DNA of 59,180 nucleotides from a virus (Duplodnaviria; Caudoviricetes): IMG/VR virus record IMGVR_UViG_3300037159_000004, positions 1 to 59,180 of that record; one strand, 5' to 3'. Shown piece by piece: positions 56,622 to 59,180 of this stretch (position 1 is its first letter; each line of letters starts with the position of its first letter). The notes under the pieces were generated by a model. It saw only the letters and a program-made list of their open reading frames with translations, ran no database searches and was not told where the DNA came from. The position numbers and the translations under genes were made by a program.

Positions 56622-56918
56622 ATGACAATTATGCTGAAGTGGACGATGGAATCAGTCATGGCCGCCGTCGCTATCGTTGTAACCACAACAGGCGGCCTGT
56701 ACACGACCGTGTATCACGGCGGTGTCGTCAATCAGCAGATAGTCGATCTGCAGAATAAGAACACGCAGACGGAGGCGCACGTAGCGAAGCACGACGACCA
56801 GCTCGCCGTCATCCAGCAGCAGAACTCCGCTCTGAAGCAGTCAGTAGATGATATCAAAGACACCGTCCACGACATCCAGTACCAGGTGAGGAAACCGCAG
56901 CATGGCAATAACCAATGA
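56622..56918 (+). CDS. TM plus coiled-coil protein (holin/antiholin-like)
   Basis: One TM followed by a heptad coil, immediately before the endolysin. Confidence 0.5.
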   Translation: MTIMLKWTMESVMAAVAIVVTTTGGLYTTVYHGGVVNQQIVDLQNKNTQTEAHVAKHDDQLAVIQQQNSALKQSVDDIKDTVHDIQYQVRKPQHGNNQ

Positions 56919-57384
56919 CACTGTCCTCGATCCGTCGATTGATCGCCGTCTGGCGGTTGACCTTGATGCTTCGGAGGATGATAAGCTCGTCGCGTACCTT
57001 GACACGAAAGGGAACTGGACCTGCGGCCGTGGGCACCTGATGCCGCAGCCGGCGCCTGGCCGGACGTGGGAAGGGTTCTCTGTAATTCAATCGACGAGCG
57101 ACCGATGGTTCTGCACCGACGTGATGAACGCGATGCGGCTCGCATCGCGATGGGCAGAATTTCCTTCATGCGACACCGACTGTCGCAAGAACGCGCTCTA
57201 TGAGATTGCGTTCAACATGGGCGTCCGATGGGAGCAGTTCGGCCCAACGCGCGCCGCCGTGAAAGCGCAAGATTGGCAGACGGTGCACGACCACCTGCTC
57301 GCTAGCTTGTGGGCGAAAGAGGTCGGCCCGACACGTTCGAACCGCGTCGCGAACTATTTTCTGACGGGTGAGTACCCGTCGTGA
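56902..57384 (+). CDS. Endolysin, T4-lysozyme-like (GH24)
   Basis: E....AYLDT.G.WT.G.GH catalytic triad, AFNMG, SLWA.EV..R. Confidence 0.88.
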   Translation: MAITNDTVLDPSIDRRLAVDLDASEDDKLVAYLDTKGNWTCGRGHLMPQPAPGRTWEGFSVIQSTSDRWFCTDVMNAMRLASRWAEFPSCDTDCRKNALYEIAFNMGVRWEQFGPTRAAVKAQDWQTVHDHLLASLWAKEVGPTRSNRVANYFLTGEYPS

Positions 57385-57578
57385 AGATCAAAGATCTGCG
57401 CGATATCCTGGTGTTTGTTCTGGTCACGGCCGCATGGGTGTTCTCGACAGTGTACCTGTTCGATCATCCGACGGACACCAACTTCGCGACATGGGCGGGG
57501 CTGTGCCTGACGATTACGGGCGTATACCATTGGATATGCATGAAGGACGATAAAGAGAAGGACGCACCATGCCAGTAG
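57381..57578 (+). CDS. Putative holin (2 TM)
   Basis: Two hydrophobic helices and a charged C-terminus. Confidence 0.6.
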   Translation: MKIKDLRDILVFVLVTAAWVFSTVYLFDHPTDTNFATWAGLCLTITGVYHWICMKDDKEKDAPCQ

Positions 57579-57700
57579 TTCTCGCACTTCTTGCCAAAGA
57601 CTGGAAGTACCTTGTGATCATCGCCGCGTTGTTGGGCGCGGTAGGCTACATCTATCATAAAGGCGAAGTTCACATCGAAGCAGCGGACGCGTTGGAGTAA
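57569..57700 (+). CDS. 43-aa TM protein resembling the i-spanin N-terminus
   Basis: MPVVLALLAKDWKYL...IEAAD compared with the Rz N-terminus. Confidence 0.5.
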   Translation: MPVVLALLAKDWKYLVIIAALLGAVGYIYHKGEVHIEAADALE

Positions 57701-57705
57701 GCGAT

Positions 57706-58182
57706 ATGATCCTGGCACTACTGAAACTCATTCCGGTTAAGGATCTGTGCTACGGCGCTGCCATTATCCTGTTACTGGCCGCGTTCGGCTGGTACACCGT
57801 ACATGAACGCCACGAAGGTGCGGCTAAGATAGAAGCCGCCGATCAGCGTACAGCGATGGTGGCTGAAGCTAAGGACAAGGCGATAGAGGCGGCCGGACAA
57901 GCCGCTGCGAATACTATAGGAGAGGTTTATGAGAAAGCTGTTAGGATTCCTGCCGTTGATGATCTTGGCGTCGTGTGCCACACGACCCGTAGTAGTGGCG
58001 TGTCCCAAGCCGCCGATAATCAGCGCAGTCCTGATGCAACCCCCGCACGTACAGACGGACCTTCGTTCGATCCTACAGGGGCAGCCCTCACCGTCGGCCG
58101 CGACGCCGACGCATTGATAGCCGCGCTACAAGCGCAAATTTTGGATCTCGTTGCCAGAATGAACGGGTCCGTCGCGAAATAG
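57706..58182 (+). CDS. Rz: i-spanin (Rz)
   Basis: N-terminal TM, coiled periplasmic domain, AD..I.ALQ. Confidence 0.8.
   Translation: MILALLKLIPVKDLCYGAAIILLLAAFGWYTVHERHEGAAKIEAADQRTAMVAEAKDKAIEAAGQAAANTIGEVYEKAVRIPAVDDLGVVCHTTRSSGVSQAADNQRSPDATPARTDGPSFDPTGAALTVGRDADALIAALQAQILDLVARMNGSVAK
57929..58117 (+). CDS. Rz1: o-spanin lipoprotein (Rz1) embedded in Rz
   Basis: GGAGAGG RBS, lipobox ILASC, Pro-rich mature part, +1 frame. Confidence 0.85.
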   Translation: MRKLLGFLPLMILASCATRPVVVACPKPPIISAVLMQPPHVQTDLRSILQGQPSPSAATPTH

Positions 58183-58183
58183 G

Positions 58184-59180
58184 ATGGCGACGACACCCGC
58201 ATCTTCTACTGATAGCCCGATCACTAGCGGCACGTTTAAGGGCTGGACATCGGCACAGTTGTCGTCGTATTTCAATTCTCTGCCCGGCCCTACGCAGGCG
58301 CAGATGGCTTCGATGCAGTTGAGTCAGCATGGTAGGGAGGCTGGTAACCCGTTAAACAACGGGCAGAAAGTATATAACTATTCACCGCAGCAAGAGCAGT
58401 TTTTAGATCAGATTCAAACTTCTAACTGGTCGCAGCCGGGCGGCCTCGACAGCTTCCTGTCGAAGTTCTTGCCGATGGTCACCGCCGCAGGCTTGGGCGC
58501 CGCGTTCGGACCTGAAGCTGCGTCGGCGCTAGGGGTCGGCGGCTCTGCCGGCGCCGCGTCCGTAGCCGCGACGGGGTCTCTTGGAGCTACCGCAGGCACG
58601 GCCGGCGCTATAGGCGCGGGGGCTACTACGGGAGCTATTAGCGGTGCCGCTGGTGGCGCACTTACCGGAACTAATATAGGCAAGGGCGCGCTGACAGGCG
58701 CTGTCGGCGGTGCGCTCGGTGCGGCGGCGGCCCCGGCCGCGACCTCACTTGGCAATGCGACAGGGTTAAACTCGTGGCTGTCGACGGGTGTAGTGAAAGG
58801 TGCAATCGGCGCCGGCACTAACGCCCTCGGCGCGGCGCTTAACGGCGGCAACGTCGGCAACGCTGCGATCCTCGGCGGCGCTGGCGGATTTATCAGCGGT
58901 GCCGTCAGCAGTGCGACTGGCAGCAACACGTTGGGGAAGGTAGCGTCAGAGGTGGGCAGCGCGGTCGCCTCCCCGTTCCTAGGCACCAGCAGCGCGACGC
59001 AGAACAGCGGCACGCAGAACAGCGGCAGTACAGTAGGTAATATCAATATGGCAGCAAACGGTTCGAATTTAACTAACGCTGGCTCCGCTCTGGCGCCAAC
59101 GAGCACAGACACGACGCTCGCTGGCGCCATCGGCAGCGCGCTGGGTGGCGCGCTGCCCTCCGCAGCGTTCTATGCGTCGA
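58184..59180 (+). CDS. Gly/Ala-rich ejection protein (P22 gp7-like), running off the window end
   Basis: Open frame from MATTPASS with GA-rich hydrophobic repeats; not in the supplied ORF track because it has no stop. Confidence 0.75.
   Translation, partial: MATTPASSTDSPITSGTFKGWTSAQLSSYFNSLPGPTQAQMASMQLSQHGREAGNPLNNGQKVYNYSPQQEQFLDQIQTSNWSQPGGLDSFLSKFLPMVTAAGLGAAFGPEAASALGVGGSAGAASVAATGSLGATAGTAGAIGAGATTGAISGAAGGALTGTNIGKGALTGAVGGALGAAAAPAATSLGNATGLNSWLSTGVVKGAIGAGTNALGAALNGGNVGNAAILGGAGGFISGAVSSATGSNTLGKVASEVGSAVASPFLGTSSATQNSGTQNSGSTVGNINMAANGSNLTNAGSALAPTSTDTTLAGAIGSALGGALPSAAFYAS

Overview
A GC-rich dsDNA tailed phage, probably a complete or near-complete genome, with a P22-like (podovirus) virion module and a Gram-negative host (Rz/Rz1 spanins). 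It has two arms. The minus-strand arm (~9.98-36.4 kb) is early/replication: APSE-type PolA, SSB, Cas4-like exonuclease, SNF2 helicase, VRR-NUC, prim-pol/helicase, ECF-like sigma factor, small serine recombinase, HNH/EndoVII nucleases and many small accessory genes. The plus-strand arm (~37.2 kb, wrapping through the window end to 9.93 kb) is late: tRNA-Asn, a cluster of low-complexity paralogues, two GroES-like genes, a split terminase, portal, scaffold, coat, neck, lysis, ejection and tail-fibre genes. Most notable: (1) a 1702-aa ejection-type polyvalent protein whose enzyme-like modules (GNAT-like, HDxxH, SAM-lyase-like, HhH-glycosylase-like) are punctuated by a repeated QRG[S/A]V motif; (2) a tandem array of five Gly/Asn/Thr/Pro-rich proteins, four sharing an [ST][LI][LM]xxxSR[GA] motif and a C-terminal YxG(N), preceded by tRNA-Asn, hairpins and twin palindromic operators; (3) two membrane-targeted DUF4329/JAB-like proteins; (4) a naturally split large terminase; (5) twin GroES genes. 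All family calls come from motif recognition by eye; no database search was run.
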